From contig JBBRCU010000013.1 in the NCBI GenBank assembly GCA_038204565.1, forward strand, positions 1,014 through 65,013: 64,000 bases of DNA, given 5' to 3'. The translations under genes were made by a program, and so were the position numbers. The stretch comes from Candidatus Limnocylindrales bacterium (GTDB lineage Bacteria > Chloroflexota > Limnocylindria > Limnocylindrales > CSP1-4). Below, piece after piece: positions 8,129 to 21,996 of the stretch. The notes under the pieces were generated by a model that was not told the DNA's origin, did not search any database, and was given only the letters and a program-made list of their open reading frames with translations. How positions within the stretch are numbered: position 1 is the stretch's first letter; each line of letters starts with the position of its first letter.

Positions 8129-9382
8129 TCAGGCGGTTCGAGCTTCGGCCGGCACATGCTGGTCGACGCCCAGCCCGCGCCGCTTCGGCGAGAACCAGTA
8201 CGCGAGCGACCCGAACCCGATGATCGAAAGGACACTGATCACTCGATCGACCACGACGATCGCGAGCGCCTGCGATTGGTCGATGTTGTAGACGACCGTG
8301 AGGACGAACACGACTCCAGCCTCGACGACCCCGATCCCGGCGGGTGTCAGGGGGACAGCGGTCAGCAGCGAGCCCGTCAAGGCGACGAAGAAGGCGCCGC
8401 TGATCCCAAGGTGGACGTTCGGAAAGCCCAGCGCCTCGACGACGAGGAACAGTCGCATCGCCTCGGTCGACCAGATCAGCACCGTGAGTCCGATCAGGCG
8501 AGGCAGGGCCCGCAGCCCGACGGCGGAGAAGACTCCTTCCTCGAACCGATCGTAGAACTCGACAACCCGCTCCGGCAACGGCAGGGCCGTCATCAGCCGG
8601 CGGCCGAAGTTGCGCATCGAGAGCAGGCCACCGGCGAGCAGGACCACGACGACGACGCCGACCGCGAACACCACCTGGACGTCGCCGGGCAAGCGGCCAC
8701 GGAAGGACCAGTAGCCCGAGGCCAGCCCGAGCGTGACGATGGCGAACAGGTCGAGGATCCGCTCGATGAACACGGTCCCGAACGTTCGCGACAGCGACAC
8801 CGGGCTGTTGATCTTCAGGAGGTAGGCCCGGTACAGGTCTCCGAGCTTTGCCGGCACGAGGCAGTTGACGAGCCAGCTGATGAAGATGATCTCGGTCGCA
8901 TCACGGATCTTCAGCGGGAAGCCGGTGCCCCGGATCAGGAGCGCCCAGCGCAGGCCACGGAGCGGGAAACCGACATAGAACACGGCGAATGCCGCGAGGA
9001 GGAGGAGCGGGTTCGCCTGGAGGATCAGGCCCGGGATCTGATCGAGCTTGAACCCGGGCAGCGCGCGAGCGAAGAGCAGGAGGAGGAACAAGGGGAGGAC
9101 GATCGAGACGATCGTGCGCCGCTGGCGGAGACGGCGGCCGAGTGACAGCTGGTCGGCCGCGACGGAGTCGTTGGTTCGGCGCTCGTCGCCGGATCGGCGA
9201 TCGTCGCCGGATCGGCGATCGTCGCCATCCGCGTCGGCCGCGGCGCGGCTCTCGAGGGGCACGGCAACATCCGGACCGTCCGCGCGGCGATCCTCTTCGG
9301 CTCGCCGCTCGTCGCCGGATCGGCGATCGTCGCCCCTGCCGGTCCCGCCGCGCGGACCGGCCGAGCCGGGCAGGCCGCTCAT
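8129..9382 (-). CDS. Flippase-like / lysylphosphatidylglycerol-synthase TM-region family protein (UPF0104) with a repetitive charged N-terminal tail
   Basis: About 330-aa polytopic core (PLRGLRWALLIRG, SWLVNCLVPAKLGDLYRAYLL, TFGTVFIERILD) is typical of UPF0104/TIGR00374. The N-terminal roughly 85 aa are rich in D/R/S/G repeats. ATGA overlap with the upstream PHP gene. Confidence 0.75.
   Translation of the reverse strand: MSGLPGSAGPRGGTGRGDDRRSGDERRAEEDRRADGPDVAVPLESRAAADADGDDRRSGDDRRSGDERRTNDSVAADQLSLGRRLRQRRTIVSIVLPLFLLLLFARALPGFKLDQIPGLILQANPLLLLAAFAVFYVGFPLRGLRWALLIRGTGFPLKIRDATEIIFISWLVNCLVPAKLGDLYRAYLLKINSPVSLSRTFGTVFIERILDLFAIVTLGLASGYWSFRGRLPGDVQVVFAVGVVVVVLLAGGLLSMRNFGRRLMTALPLPERVVEFYDRFEEGVFSAVGLRALPRLIGLTVLIWSTEAMRLFLVVEALGFPNVHLGISGAFFVALTGSLLTAVPLTPAGIGVVEAGVVFVLTVVYNIDQSQALAIVVVDRVISVLSIIGFGSLAYWFSPKRRGLGVDQHVPAEARTA
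9183..9334. repeat. In-frame 18-bp tandem repeat TCGTCGCCGGATCGGCGA (2.4 copies at 9183-9226, 1.4 copies at 9309-9334)
   Basis: Read directly from the sequence. It encodes the DDRRSG / DERRSG repeats in the N-terminal tail of the UPF0104 protein. Confidence 0.9.
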
Positions 9383-10101
9383 CGGACGACCGCCGCAGGG
9401 TCCACAGGCGGGGCGATCCGGCCGTTGCCGCGGGCCCGCTGGACGACCTTCGCGACCGGGGTCAGGAGCCGGATGTACATCGAGGCTCGGCCGGTCATGA
9501 GCTCCGCCGTGGGCAACGCCGCGCGAAGGCCGGCCGGGCTGCCGAGGTCGTCGCCGTCCAGGATCGTGTAGGACACGCCGATCTCGAAGGCGCTGTGGGC
9601 GTCGGATACGGCGATCCCGGGCAGGTCATGGTCCCGGGCGAACTCCGCGGCGAGCTGGTTGCCCTGGCCGACCGCAATCCGCGAGTTGTGGGTCTCGATC
9701 CAGTCGACCAGGCCCGCCAACCGCTCCATTCGGGCGTCGCGCAGGAGCGAACCACGAAACCGGTCGAACGGGTGCGGGACGCCGACAAGGGCGCCCTGGC
9801 TCCGGGCCCGGGCGATCGCCTCCTCAGCCTCGAGACCGGGCGGGATCGGCTCCTCGAGGAACAGGCAGATCAGGTCACCGTCGACCGTCCGGACCTCCTC
9901 GCCGACGATCACGGTCACATCCACGCCCGTCTCGGCCGCCCGGTCACGGGCCTCCAGCGCACCGTCGATCCGGTCGTGATCGGTGATCGCGAGATGGGTC
10001 AGGCCACGGCTCGCCGCCGTCCGCAGCAGCGACGCCGGCGAGGCGAGCGAGTCGAACGAGGCGCGCGAATGGGTATGGAGATCGGCGAAGGCGCGGGTCA
10101 T
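9379..10101 (-). CDS. PHP-domain metal-dependent phosphoesterase
   Basis: ADLHTHSRASFDS...LAITDHDRIDGA...GVPHPFD...SDAHS motifs of the PHP (polymerase/histidinol phosphatase) family. The start could instead be GTG at 10164. Confidence 0.75.
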   Translation of the reverse strand: MTRAFADLHTHSRASFDSLASPASLLRTAASRGLTHLAITDHDRIDGALEARDRAAETGVDVTVIVGEEVRTVDGDLICLFLEEPIPPGLEAEEAIARARSQGALVGVPHPFDRFRGSLLRDARMERLAGLVDWIETHNSRIAVGQGNQLAAEFARDHDLPGIAVSDAHSAFEIGVSYTILDGDDLGSPAGLRAALPTAELMTGRASMYIRLLTPVAKVVQRARGNGRIAPPVDPAAVVR

Positions 10102-10206
10102 CGCGGCGGGCGGCGGAGACCGCCGGCGGTCGCCCGCCGGATCCGGGTCACGGCCGATCGGCACGCCGCCGATCCGGCGGTACGTGGCCCCCCGCGCTCC
10201 AAGGCG

Positions 10207-11205
10207 CTAGACCTGTGACACGAGGGACTTCTTGAAGAAGTCGAAGTGCTCGAGCGCCAGACCCGTGCCGATCGCGACGCAGTTGAGCGAGTTCTCCGCG
10301 ACGTGGCACGGCACCCCGGTGACCTGGGTCAGGAGCTTGTCGATGTTGCGCAGGAGGGAGCCGCCGCCCGACATCACCATGCCCTTGTCGATGATGTCCG
10401 AGCTGAGCTCCGGCGGGGTCTGCTCGAGGACCATCCGGACCGCAGCGACGAGCTGCTGGAGCGGAGCCTCGATCGCCTCCATCACCTCGGAGCTCGTGAT
10501 CGGGATCGTCCGCGGCAAGCCGGCGATCAGGTCGCGCCCGCGGACCTCCATCTGGAGCTCGCGCTCGAGGGGCAGGGCGGTCCCGATCTGGATCTTGACG
10601 TCTTCCGCGGTTCGCTCGCCGATCATCAGGTTGTACTTCTTGCGGATGTAGGTCGCGATGTGCTCGTCGAACTTGTTGCCGCCGACCCGCAGCGAAGTCG
10701 AGACGACGATCCCGCCGAGCGCGATCACCGCGATCTCGCTCGTCCCGCCGCCGATGTCGATGACCATGTTTCCGGACGGCCCGCTGATCGGGACGTTGGC
10801 GCCGATCGCAGCCGCCAGCGGCTCCTCGATCAGGTACGCCTCCTTGGCCCCGGCCTTGAGCGCAGCGTCGCGGACGGCCCGCTTCTCGACCGACGTCACG
10901 CCCGCCGGAACGCTGATCATCACTTCCGGCCGGGAGAAGCCGATCCGGCCCTTCGTCGCCTTGTTGATGAAGAACCGCAGCATCGCCTCGGTGATGACGT
11001 AGTCCGCGATCACGCCGTCCTTCATCGGTCGGATGGCCGTGATGTTGCCCGGGGTCCGTCCGATCATCTGGCGGGCTTCCTCGCCCACCGCGACGATCCG
11101 GTTGTCGTCGGACACGGCCACGACGGACGGTTCCGTCAGGATGACCCCCTTGCCCTTGACGTAGACGAGGACGTTGGCCGTGCCGAGGTCGATGCCGATT
11201 TTCAT
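10207..11205 (-). CDS. mreB: Rod shape-determining protein MreB
   Basis: [20 protein letters not shown]...[14 protein letters not shown]...[16 protein letters not shown]: full-length actin-like MreB. Confidence 0.95.
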   Translation of the reverse strand: MKIGIDLGTANVLVYVKGKGVILTEPSVVAVSDDNRIVAVGEEARQMIGRTPGNITAIRPMKDGVIADYVITEAMLRFFINKATKGRIGFSRPEVMISVPAGVTSVEKRAVRDAALKAGAKEAYLIEEPLAAAIGANVPISGPSGNMVIDIGGGTSEIAVIALGGIVVSTSLRVGGNKFDEHIATYIRKKYNLMIGERTAEDVKIQIGTALPLERELQMEVRGRDLIAGLPRTIPITSSEVMEAIEAPLQQLVAAVRMVLEQTPPELSSDIIDKGMVMSGGGSLLRNIDKLLTQVTGVPCHVAENSLNCVAIGTGLALEHFDFFKKSLVSQV

Positions 11206-12548
11206 GAGGAGGTGGAAACGGTCCCTTCTTCGAGGCGCGCAATCCTGGCGCCGAGATCTGCGAACTTGCGTTCGATGTTCTCATACCCCCGCTTGACGTG
11301 GTGCGCGCCGTGAATCGTCGACTCGCCGTCGGCGGCGAGGGCGGCGAGGATCAGCGAGGCACCCGCGCGCAGGTCGCCGATCTCGGCCTCCGCCCCGTGG
11401 AGGGGCGTCGGGCCGTGGATCGTGGCGTGGCGGTTGTCGTCGATCGAGATGCTGGCCCCCATCCGGTTCAGTTCGGACAGCCACTCGAGGCGATCCTCGA
11501 AGATTGCCTCATGGACGGTGGAGGTCCCCGTCGCCTGGGTCAGCAGCACGCAGGTCGGGGGCTGGATGTCGGTCGCGAGACCCGGATAGGGCGAGGTCTC
11601 GATGTCGACCGCGCGGAAGCCGCCGGCGGGCCGATCGCCGCCGTCGATCGTGATGGTGTCGAGCTCGCAGGTCGCTTCCACGCCGACCCGCCCGAAGACG
11701 TCGAGGAGGGCGGTCATCTGGTCGCACGGGGCGCCGGTCAGGGTGACCCGGCCGCCCGTCACCGCCCCCGCGACGGCGAACGTCCCGGCCTCGATCCGGT
11801 CGGCGACGACGCGGTGGTCGGCACCCCGGAGACGGCGCTTGCCCTGGACCTCGATCGTGTCGGGGAAGGTTCGTTGGACGTCGGCGCCCATCTTCTGGAG
11901 GAACAGGATCAGGTCGTCCACCTCCGGCTCCTGGGCCGCCGGGCGGATGATGGTGTGACCGTCGGCGAGGGTCGCGGCCAGCATTGCGTTCTCCGTGCCC
12001 ATGACCGACACGAACGGGAACCGGACCTCGGTCCCGCGCAGCCGTCCCGGTGCGGTGGCGAAGTAGTAGCCGTTGCGGTACTCGATCGTCGCGCCGAGGG
12101 TCCGCATCGCCTCGACGTGGAGGTCGACCGGCCGTCGGCCGATCCGATCACCGCCGGGGTTGCTGATGATCACCCGGCCGAACCGGCTCAGGAGCGGCCC
12201 CAGAAGCATGAACGAGGCCCGCATCTTGGCCGCGGCCTCGAGCGGGACGAACAGCCACTCCACATCGCCCGACGCGACCTCGTAGGTGTTCGGGCCCGGA
12301 TGATCGACGACGACGCCGAGATCCTGGAGGGTCTCGGTCATGACCCGGACATCCTCGATCTCCGGGACGTTCGTGAAGCGGCACCGCTCGCCCGTCAGGA
12401 TTGCCGCCGCGAACATCTTGAGGGCAGCGTTCTTCGAGCCGCTGATCGGGACCTCGCCGCGCAGGGGCACGCCACCCTCGATCCGGAACACCTCGCGGGT
12501 CACCGGCTCGGGCGTGAACTCCCAGTGGAACGGCCGAGCGTCAGCCAC
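11202..12548 (-). CDS. murA: UDP-N-acetylglucosamine 1-carboxyvinyltransferase
   Basis: [24 protein letters not shown]..., EPSP-synthase-fold MurA over the full length. ATGA overlap with mreB. Confidence 0.95.
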   Translation of the reverse strand: MADARPFHWEFTPEPVTREVFRIEGGVPLRGEVPISGSKNAALKMFAAAILTGERCRFTNVPEIEDVRVMTETLQDLGVVVDHPGPNTYEVASGDVEWLFVPLEAAAKMRASFMLLGPLLSRFGRVIISNPGGDRIGRRPVDLHVEAMRTLGATIEYRNGYYFATAPGRLRGTEVRFPFVSVMGTENAMLAATLADGHTIIRPAAQEPEVDDLILFLQKMGADVQRTFPDTIEVQGKRRLRGADHRVVADRIEAGTFAVAGAVTGGRVTLTGAPCDQMTALLDVFGRVGVEATCELDTITIDGGDRPAGGFRAVDIETSPYPGLATDIQPPTCVLLTQATGTSTVHEAIFEDRLEWLSELNRMGASISIDDNRHATIHGPTPLHGAEAEIGDLRAGASLILAALAADGESTIHGAHHVKRGYENIERKFADLGARIARLEEGTVSTSS

Positions 12549-12574
12549 TGATCAGATCTTCCATCGGGCCAGCC

Positions 12575-13003
12575 CTAGCCCCTCCGACGGGGACCCTCGC
12601 GGTGGCGCCGCTCGGCAACGCGGATCCGGATCAGGGCTGCCTGGAGGGAGGCCCGGGCGGCGGCCAGGTCGGCGCCTTCGACGAAGCCGCCCTCGAGCGC
12701 CTGCTCGGCATTGCGGCGGGCCTTCTGGGCCCGCTCGAGATCGATGTCCGACGCCATGTCGGCGGTCTCGGCCATGACGACGACCTTGTCGGACAGGACC
12801 TGGACGAACCCGCCGACAATCGCGAACGACTCCTCGTCGCTGCCCTTCCGGAGACGCAGCTCGCCGGCCCCGAGGGTCGTGACGAGCGGCGCGTGGTGGG
12901 GCAGGACGCCGAGCTCGCCCTCGCTGCCCGGCAGCTGGACGCTGTCGACGTCGTCCTTGTAGGCGACCTTCTCCGGTGTGACGATCTCGAGGTGGAGAGG
13001 CAT
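12575..13003 (-). CDS. atpC: F0F1 ATP synthase subunit epsilon
   Basis: LHLEIVTPEKVAYKDDVDSVQLPGSEGELGVLPHHAPL; last gene of the atp operon. Confidence 0.95.
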   Translation of the reverse strand: MPLHLEIVTPEKVAYKDDVDSVQLPGSEGELGVLPHHAPLVTTLGAGELRLRKGSDEESFAIVGGFVQVLSDKVVVMAETADMASDIDLERAQKARRNAEQALEGGFVEGADLAAARASLQAALIRIRVAERRHREGPRRRG

Positions 13004-13005
13004 GC

Positions 13006-15295
<2,290 letters not shown>

Positions 15296-15421
15296 GGCTC
15301 ACCTCGGCGCCGCTGATCGTGCGCCGCGCGCTCGAACCAACGAACGAAGAGGCGACGCCGGGCCGATCCGCAGGCCTGCCGAGGTCTGCTACCGGGACAC
15401 CGCTCACCATGGCGTCGATCA

Positions 15422-16957
<1,536 letters not shown>

Positions 16958-17024
16958 TCGGTGACTCCCGGGAGCTGAGCGACAGGTGGGTGGGTGGGCG
17001 GTTGGAATGGGCCGGCGGCCGGGT

Positions 17025-17564
17025 CTAGATGGTCCCGGCGGCGAGCTGGTTTCGGAGTCGCTCGAGGCGGCCCCGGACGCTTCCATCGATGAGTCGGTCG
17101 CCGACGCGGACGATGATCCCGCCGAGCAATCCGGCATCGACGTCGGTGGTCAGTTCAACGCGGCCGCCGCTGAGCTGCTCGAGGCGGGCCGTCAGGGCTT
17201 TGACCTCGAGGTCGGTGAGCGGCGCGGCGCTGGTGGCGGTGGCGTGAGTGATCCCCTGGCGGATGTCGTCGAGCCGGACGAACTCGGCGGCGACGCGCGG
17301 CAGTTGCTCGATCCGGCGCCGCCGGACCAGGAGGGCGAGGATGCTGCGAACCGGCTGGCTCAGGTTCGCGAACACGCGGTTCGTGACATCGAGACGCTGG
17401 TCGAGCGGCAGGGCAGGGTTGGCGAGGACGTCCATCAGCTGGCCGTCCGTGGCGGCGGCCGCCTGCTCGAGTTCGCGCCGCCACGTCTCGATCGAGCCGT
17501 CGCGGGTGGCGAGCTGGAAGGCGGCCTCGGCGTAGCGCCGCGGCGCGCTGTCGCGCTTGGCCAT
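17025..17564 (-). CDS. atpH: F0F1 ATP synthase subunit delta
   Basis: OSCP/delta-like 179 aa (YAEAAFQLA...[23 protein letters not shown]). Confidence 0.9.
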   Translation of the reverse strand: MAKRDSAPRRYAEAAFQLATRDGSIETWRRELEQAAAATDGQLMDVLANPALPLDQRLDVTNRVFANLSQPVRSILALLVRRRRIEQLPRVAAEFVRLDDIRQGITHATATSAAPLTDLEVKALTARLEQLSGGRVELTTDVDAGLLGGIIVRVGDRLIDGSVRGRLERLRNQLAAGTI

Positions 17565-18151
17565 CAGCCGTTCTGGCCCTTCGTGCCAGCGGGCGCCGAC
17601 GCGGTGCCGGTCTCGGCCAGGAACTCCTCGACGAGCCGACGCTGGCGCTCGTCGGTCATCGTCTCGCCGACGACCCGGCTGGCCGCCCGAAGGGCGAGAT
17701 CGGCGACTTCCGCCCGGACATCGGCGATGGCCCGGAGCTTCTCGGCTTCGAGATCCGCGCTGGCCCGGACGCGGATGCGCTCGAGCTCCTCGCGGGTGGC
17801 AGCCAGATCGCGCTCGCGCGACTCGTCAGCCAGCTTCTGGGACCGGGCGAGGATCTCATTCGCCTCGCGGCGAGCCTCCTGGAGCGCGCCGATCCGACCC
17901 TCCTCCGCGTTCTCGCGGTCGCGGCGCGCCTGCTCGGCGTCCGCCAGGCCCTGCTCGATCCGGACCTTCCGATCCTCGAGCATCTTCGACACCGGTTTGA
18001 ACGCGAACGTCCAGATCAGCGCCAGGAAGACCACGAAGTTGGCCGCCGCGATGACGACCTGGAACAGGTTGATCTGGAACAGGGGCTCCGCGTCGGCGCT
18101 GAGGCGAATGGCCTCATGGCCGGCGGCGGACGCCACGGACAGCAGGTCCAC
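17564..18151 (-). CDS. atpF: F0F1 ATP synthase subunit b
   Basis: N-terminal TM helix then a long charged coiled coil (KPVSKMLEDRKVRIEQGLADAEQARRD...). 1-nt stop/start overlap with atpH. Confidence 0.9.
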   Translation of the reverse strand: MDLLSVASAAGHEAIRLSADAEPLFQINLFQVVIAAANFVVFLALIWTFAFKPVSKMLEDRKVRIEQGLADAEQARRDRENAEEGRIGALQEARREANEILARSQKLADESRERDLAATREELERIRVRASADLEAEKLRAIADVRAEVADLALRAASRVVGETMTDERQRRLVEEFLAETGTASAPAGTKGQNG

Positions 18152-18177
18152 GATGGGGTTCTCCGATCCCGGCCCGG

Positions 18178-18393
18178 CTAGCCCTTGATGAAGATCGCGA
18201 GCAGGCCGACGACGATCGCCAGGACGCCGAGACCCTCGGCGAACGCCGCGAGGATGATCGCGATGCCGCGGATCTGGCCGGCTGCGTCGGGGTTGCGCCC
18301 GATCGCCTGGGCCGACATGCCGGCGAGGATGCCGATGCCGATGCCGGGGCCGAAGACCCCGAGGGCGGCAAGACCGGCGCCGATGTGCTCCAT
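18178..18393 (-). CDS. atpE: F0F1 ATP synthase subunit c
   Basis: 71 aa MEHIGAGLAALGVFGPGIGIGILAGMSAQAIGRNPDAAGQIRGIAIILAAFAEGLGVLAIVVGLLAIFIKG: hairpin proteolipid with the conserved carboxylate (E). Only the 3' part of ORF 18178..19194 is real. Confidence 0.93.
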   Translation of the reverse strand: MEHIGAGLAALGVFGPGIGIGILAGMSAQAIGRNPDAAGQIRGIAIILAAFAEGLGVLAIVVGLLAIFIKG

Positions 18394-18473
18394 TCGTGAC
18401 TCCTCCTGGTCCCGGGCGATGCGCCCGGGGTCATGCGAACCGTGGTTGCTTGTGGTGCGCCTTGGGCGGCGCG

Positions 18474-19526
18474 TCAATGGGCGGGCTGGAGCCCTCCGGG
18501 CTCCGACCCGGTGATCTCGTGGACGACGTCCTCGGCGATGTGGCCCTCCTCCTCGTGGTGGCTCTCGATGGCCAGCACGATGAAGATCAGGGTCAGGACG
18601 CTGAAGATGAGAGCCTGGATCGCGTTGAGCATGAGTTCGAGCGAGATCAGCAGGACCGGGATCAGGCTCACGGTCAGGGTCGTGATGACCCCGAGGGCAA
18701 CCTCGCCACCGTAGATGTTGCCGAAGAGGCGCATCGACAGCGTGACCGGCTTGACGAACTCGAGCATCAGCTCGATCAGGCCGACGAAGAGGGCGATGAT
18801 CCCGGCCCCGATCCCGTTGCGGAACTCGTAGAGCGGGAAGAACTTGCCGAGGTAGCCCCGGATGCCGAGGGCCCGGAAGCCCTCGAACTCGAAGATCAGG
18901 AAGCTGACGAGAGCCATCCCGATGGTGATGTTGACGTCGCTCGACGGCGCCCGCAGCAGGTCGATCTTGCCGACCGGCGGGACGAGCCCGATCCAGTTGT
19001 CGAACAGGATCAGCAGGAAGGCGGCGACGAAGATGGGGATGTACGGCTTGGCAGCGGCGCCGGCGATGCCGATGCCGAAGTCGCTGAGGAACTCGTAGAC
19101 GAACTCGAAGACGTTCTGCCCGCGGCGCGGCACGAGCGTCGAGCCGCGGGTCATGAGGACCGCACCGACGATGACGATGGCCATGACGAGCCACATTGTC
19201 AGGATCGTCGAGCTGATCGCCGGATGGAACGTCACAAGGTCGGTCGCCGCGATCGGCGAATCAGGGGCGAGGTCGACGACGTTGTGGGCCGCCGGGAATT
19301 CCAGGCTGTTCTCGATGAAGCACGCCGGGAACGAGCACGGATCACCGGCCACCCCGCCCCTCGGCGTCTGGGGAAAGGCGATGAACGCGAAGATGTCGAC
19401 GACGATGACGGCGGCGATCAGGAGAAGCCAGCGCGGCGCGATCCGTCGACCAGCCTTTGGCGCGGGCGCCGGGGCGTCCCCGGAGGTTCCGCCGACCACG
19501 TCGGTCGCGACCTGCTCGCTCGACAC
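18474..19526 (-). CDS. atpB: F0F1 ATP synthase subunit a
   Basis: Polytopic; conserved LSMRLFGNIYGGE motif. The GTG at 19526 is preceded by GGAGG. The GTG at 19541 is an alternative start. Confidence 0.9.
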   Translation of the reverse strand: MSSEQVATDVVGGTSGDAPAPAPKAGRRIAPRWLLLIAAVIVVDIFAFIAFPQTPRGGVAGDPCSFPACFIENSLEFPAAHNVVDLAPDSPIAATDLVTFHPAISSTILTMWLVMAIVIVGAVLMTRGSTLVPRRGQNVFEFVYEFLSDFGIGIAGAAAKPYIPIFVAAFLLILFDNWIGLVPPVGKIDLLRAPSSDVNITIGMALVSFLIFEFEGFRALGIRGYLGKFFPLYEFRNGIGAGIIALFVGLIELMLEFVKPVTLSMRLFGNIYGGEVALGVITTLTVSLIPVLLISLELMLNAIQALIFSVLTLIFIVLAIESHHEEEGHIAEDVVHEITGSEPGGLQPAH

Positions 19527-19594
19527 TCTGCCTCCACACACAGGAGCGCGGCCCGATGCCGCGCTCGCCCGATTGTTCGCAGCCCGTGGGCCGC

Positions 19595-19816
19595 TCAGTC
19601 CAACGTCTTGAGGAACCTTCCGACCAGCCGGACGATCATCACTGTTCCGGAGCCGGCCCCCGCGAGGAAGCCGAGGATCACGAACAACGGCAGGGTTCCG
19701 AGCTGGCCGTCCACCCAGCGGCCGGCCAGCACGCCGATCAGGGTCGTGACCAGGAGGGAGAGGCCGATCTCCGAGAAGAGGGCGGCGTACGCCGCTCCGC
19801 GGCCGGGCTCGATCAT
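19595..19816 (-). CDS. atpI: AtpZ/AtpI family protein (ATP synthase protein I)
   Basis: 73-aa two-TM protein immediately upstream of atpB (LVTTLIGVLAGRWVDGQLGTLPLFVILGFLAGAGSG). Confidence 0.65.
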   Translation of the reverse strand: MIEPGRGAAYAALFSEIGLSLLVTTLIGVLAGRWVDGQLGTLPLFVILGFLAGAGSGTVMIVRLVGRFLKTLD

Positions 19817-19889
19817 GGCTGACCTGACAAGGCCCGCGGAGTATAGCAGAGGCCCATGGTCGGTCCGCCAGCGGAACCTTGCCGCAACC

Positions 19890-20648
19890 TCAAATCCGGA
19901 TGCCCTGGACCGCGAACAATCCGACGTTGCCAGCACCGTCGACGCCGCGAATCCGGAACGTGTAGAGGTGGCCGGGCGACATCGAGAATGCCGCCGTCCG
20001 GGTCGACCCGGTGGCGAGCGACAGCGACACCCAGGAGCCGTCGTCGGTTCGGCCCTGGAGGAGCTGGCTCCGCAGCCCGGACCCGCTGTCCGTCAGGGTC
20101 CAGGTCAAGGTCAGGCGGAGCTTGCTGCTGCCGCTGATGGTCTGCTTCGTGAGGCCGGTGATCACGGCGTCCGGGGGCGTCAGGTCCGTCATGACCGAGC
20201 CGCCGGCGCTCTGTGTCGCCTCGGCCGGGACCATTGACGTGGCCGCGCTCGGCTCGCCCGCGGTCGACTGGCTCTGGAAGGGCGGCCGCGGCGAGGATCC
20301 CTTTGCCTCGCTCAGCGACCATGGCTGAAACGCGACGCCGAACGCGACGGCCGCCACGGCCAGGACGGCGACCAGTGACTCGAGGAGGGCGACCCTGGGC
20401 GATCGCGCCGCGCGCGGCTTCGGCGTTGTCTGCTGGGTTCGCCGCCGTAGATCGAGGACCGGCGAAGGGCTGACCACGATCTCGCGTCTCTCGCTGCGCG
20501 CGGCGATGAACCGGGCGCGCGCAAGCTGGCGCGCCATGATCGTCGTCTCCGCCGAGTCCGGTTCGAGCGGGTGATCCTCGTGCCCGGGCTCGCCGTCCCA
20601 CGGCCGCTCCCACAGGCGCCGGCCCGTGGCCCGGCGGAGGGCCCACAT
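19890..20648 (-). CDS. Hypothetical single-pass membrane protein with C-terminal Ig-like/beta-sandwich domain
   Basis: TM helix VALLESLVAVLAVAAVAFGVAF. C-terminal roughly 100 aa have a beta-rich pattern with a T.TDSGSGL motif and ...YTFRIRGVDGAGNVG. No family recognised. Start uncertain (ATG 20648 or 20537). Confidence 0.55.
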   Translation of the reverse strand: MWALRRATGRRLWERPWDGEPGHEDHPLEPDSAETTIMARQLARARFIAARSERREIVVSPSPVLDLRRRTQQTTPKPRAARSPRVALLESLVAVLAVAAVAFGVAFQPWSLSEAKGSSPRPPFQSQSTAGEPSAATSMVPAEATQSAGGSVMTDLTPPDAVITGLTKQTISGSSKLRLTLTWTLTDSGSGLRSQLLQGRTDDGSWVSLSLATGSTRTAAFSMSPGHLYTFRIRGVDGAGNVGLFAVQGIRI

Positions 20649-20840
20649 CCCGATCGAGTCGTCGACGACCCGGGGCAGCCGGATCCTGCCCGATTCATCG
20701 CGCGCGATGAATCGGGTCGTGATCGCGAGGAAGCCGAGAACGACGAACGCTCCGACGATGTATTCCAGCGGTCAGTACCCCGCGGTGACGGACCGGGTCG
20801 GTGACCGGCGGGCGCGATCCTAGCACCGGCCCGGGTGCAC

Positions 20841-21953
20841 TCAGTAGCGCCCGTCGTCCTCGTCGCGATCGTCCGGCCCGAAGGCGTCGGGATCAAGGCC
20901 GCCCCGGGCGAGGATGAACAGGACGAACCCGCTGGCCACGAACACGCCGACGAAGGCGTAGATCTGGGTCGCGCCGGAGAGGACGAGGGCGAGCACGCCA
21001 AGGGCGATGCAGATCCCGTAGATCAGGAGGACGGTCTGGCGGTGGGACAACCCGACGTCGAGCAGACGGTGGTGAAGGTGGCCGCGGTCCGGTGAGAATG
21101 GCGAGCGGCCACCGGCGATCCGCCGGACGATGATCCAGAAGGCATCGATGATCGGCACGCCGAGGACGAGCATCGCGACCGCCACCTTGGCCGCTCCGAG
21201 GATCGACAGCAGGGCCAGGGTGTAGCCGAGGAACATCACCCCGCTCGTGCCGGCGAAGATCGTCGCGGGGTGGAAGTTCCAGCGGAGGAATCCGAGGAGA
21301 GATCCCGCCAGGACGAAGCAGAGGACCGCCACGAACGGCTGGCTGACGTCCTGGGTCAGGCTGATCACGCCGAGCGTGATCGCGGCGATCAGCCCGATCC
21401 CCGACGACAGGCCGTCCAGCCCGTCGATGAAGTTGATGCTGTTGATCATCCCGGCGATCCACAGGATCGAGAAGCCGTAGGCGACCGGGATCGGGAGGTG
21501 GAGCTGCCCCCCGAGTGGGTTCGCGATGAACACGACGACGTAGCCCGTCGCGATCGCGAACAGGGCCAGCCCGAGCTGGCCGGCGAACTGCCACCGGGCC
21601 CGCAGGTCGAGGGCGTCGTCGATCACCCCGAAAGCGGTTGCGAGTGCGCCGCCGATCAAGAGGCCGACGACATCCACGAGGTCGATGTTGGTCGGGACGA
21701 ACGCGAACGCGACGACCTCGTTGAGCGCCAGCATGAGCGCAGCGACGACGATGAAGGCGATCGCGACGGCCACGCCGCCGCCGCGCGGGACCGGCCGGAC
21801 ATTGACCCTGCGCGCGTCGGGGTGGTCGATGGCGCCATACCGGATCGCGATCCGCCGGACGAGCGGTGTGAGCAGGAACGAGACGACGGCCGCGCCGACG
21901 AGGCCGACCGCCAGGAATGGCAATGCCGCGCCGGCAGAGCTCGAGATGATCAC
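20841..21953 (-). CDS. wecA: Glycosyltransferase family 4 (MraY/WecA-like undecaprenyl-phosphate sugar-1-phosphate transferase)
   Basis: Motifs AIDHPDARRVNVRPVPRGGG and NSINFIDGLDGL, 10-11 TM helices. I chose GTG at 21953 because the ORF-track start (22082) would overlap the glyA 3' end. The position upstream of the atp operon matches rfe/wecA synteny in Actinomycetota. Confidence 0.85.
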   Translation of the reverse strand: MIISSSAGAALPFLAVGLVGAAVVSFLLTPLVRRIAIRYGAIDHPDARRVNVRPVPRGGGVAVAIAFIVVAALMLALNEVVAFAFVPTNIDLVDVVGLLIGGALATAFGVIDDALDLRARWQFAGQLGLALFAIATGYVVVFIANPLGGQLHLPIPVAYGFSILWIAGMINSINFIDGLDGLSSGIGLIAAITLGVISLTQDVSQPFVAVLCFVLAGSLLGFLRWNFHPATIFAGTSGVMFLGYTLALLSILGAAKVAVAMLVLGVPIIDAFWIIVRRIAGGRSPFSPDRGHLHHRLLDVGLSHRQTVLLIYGICIALGVLALVLSGATQIYAFVGVFVASGFVLFILARGGLDPDAFGPDDRDEDDGRY

Positions 21954-21996
21954 GCCCGGCGGATCCCCCGTCGGCCGGACGCCGTGGCCGCGTCCA

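Noticed and set aside
9183-9334. Possibility that the short tandem repeats (9183-9334, 31468-31503, 7019-7127) represent CRISPR arrays.
   Set aside because: The units are contiguous or only two copies, with no unique spacers of CRISPR size and no cas genes. Two of the three lie inside or at the end of coding sequence.
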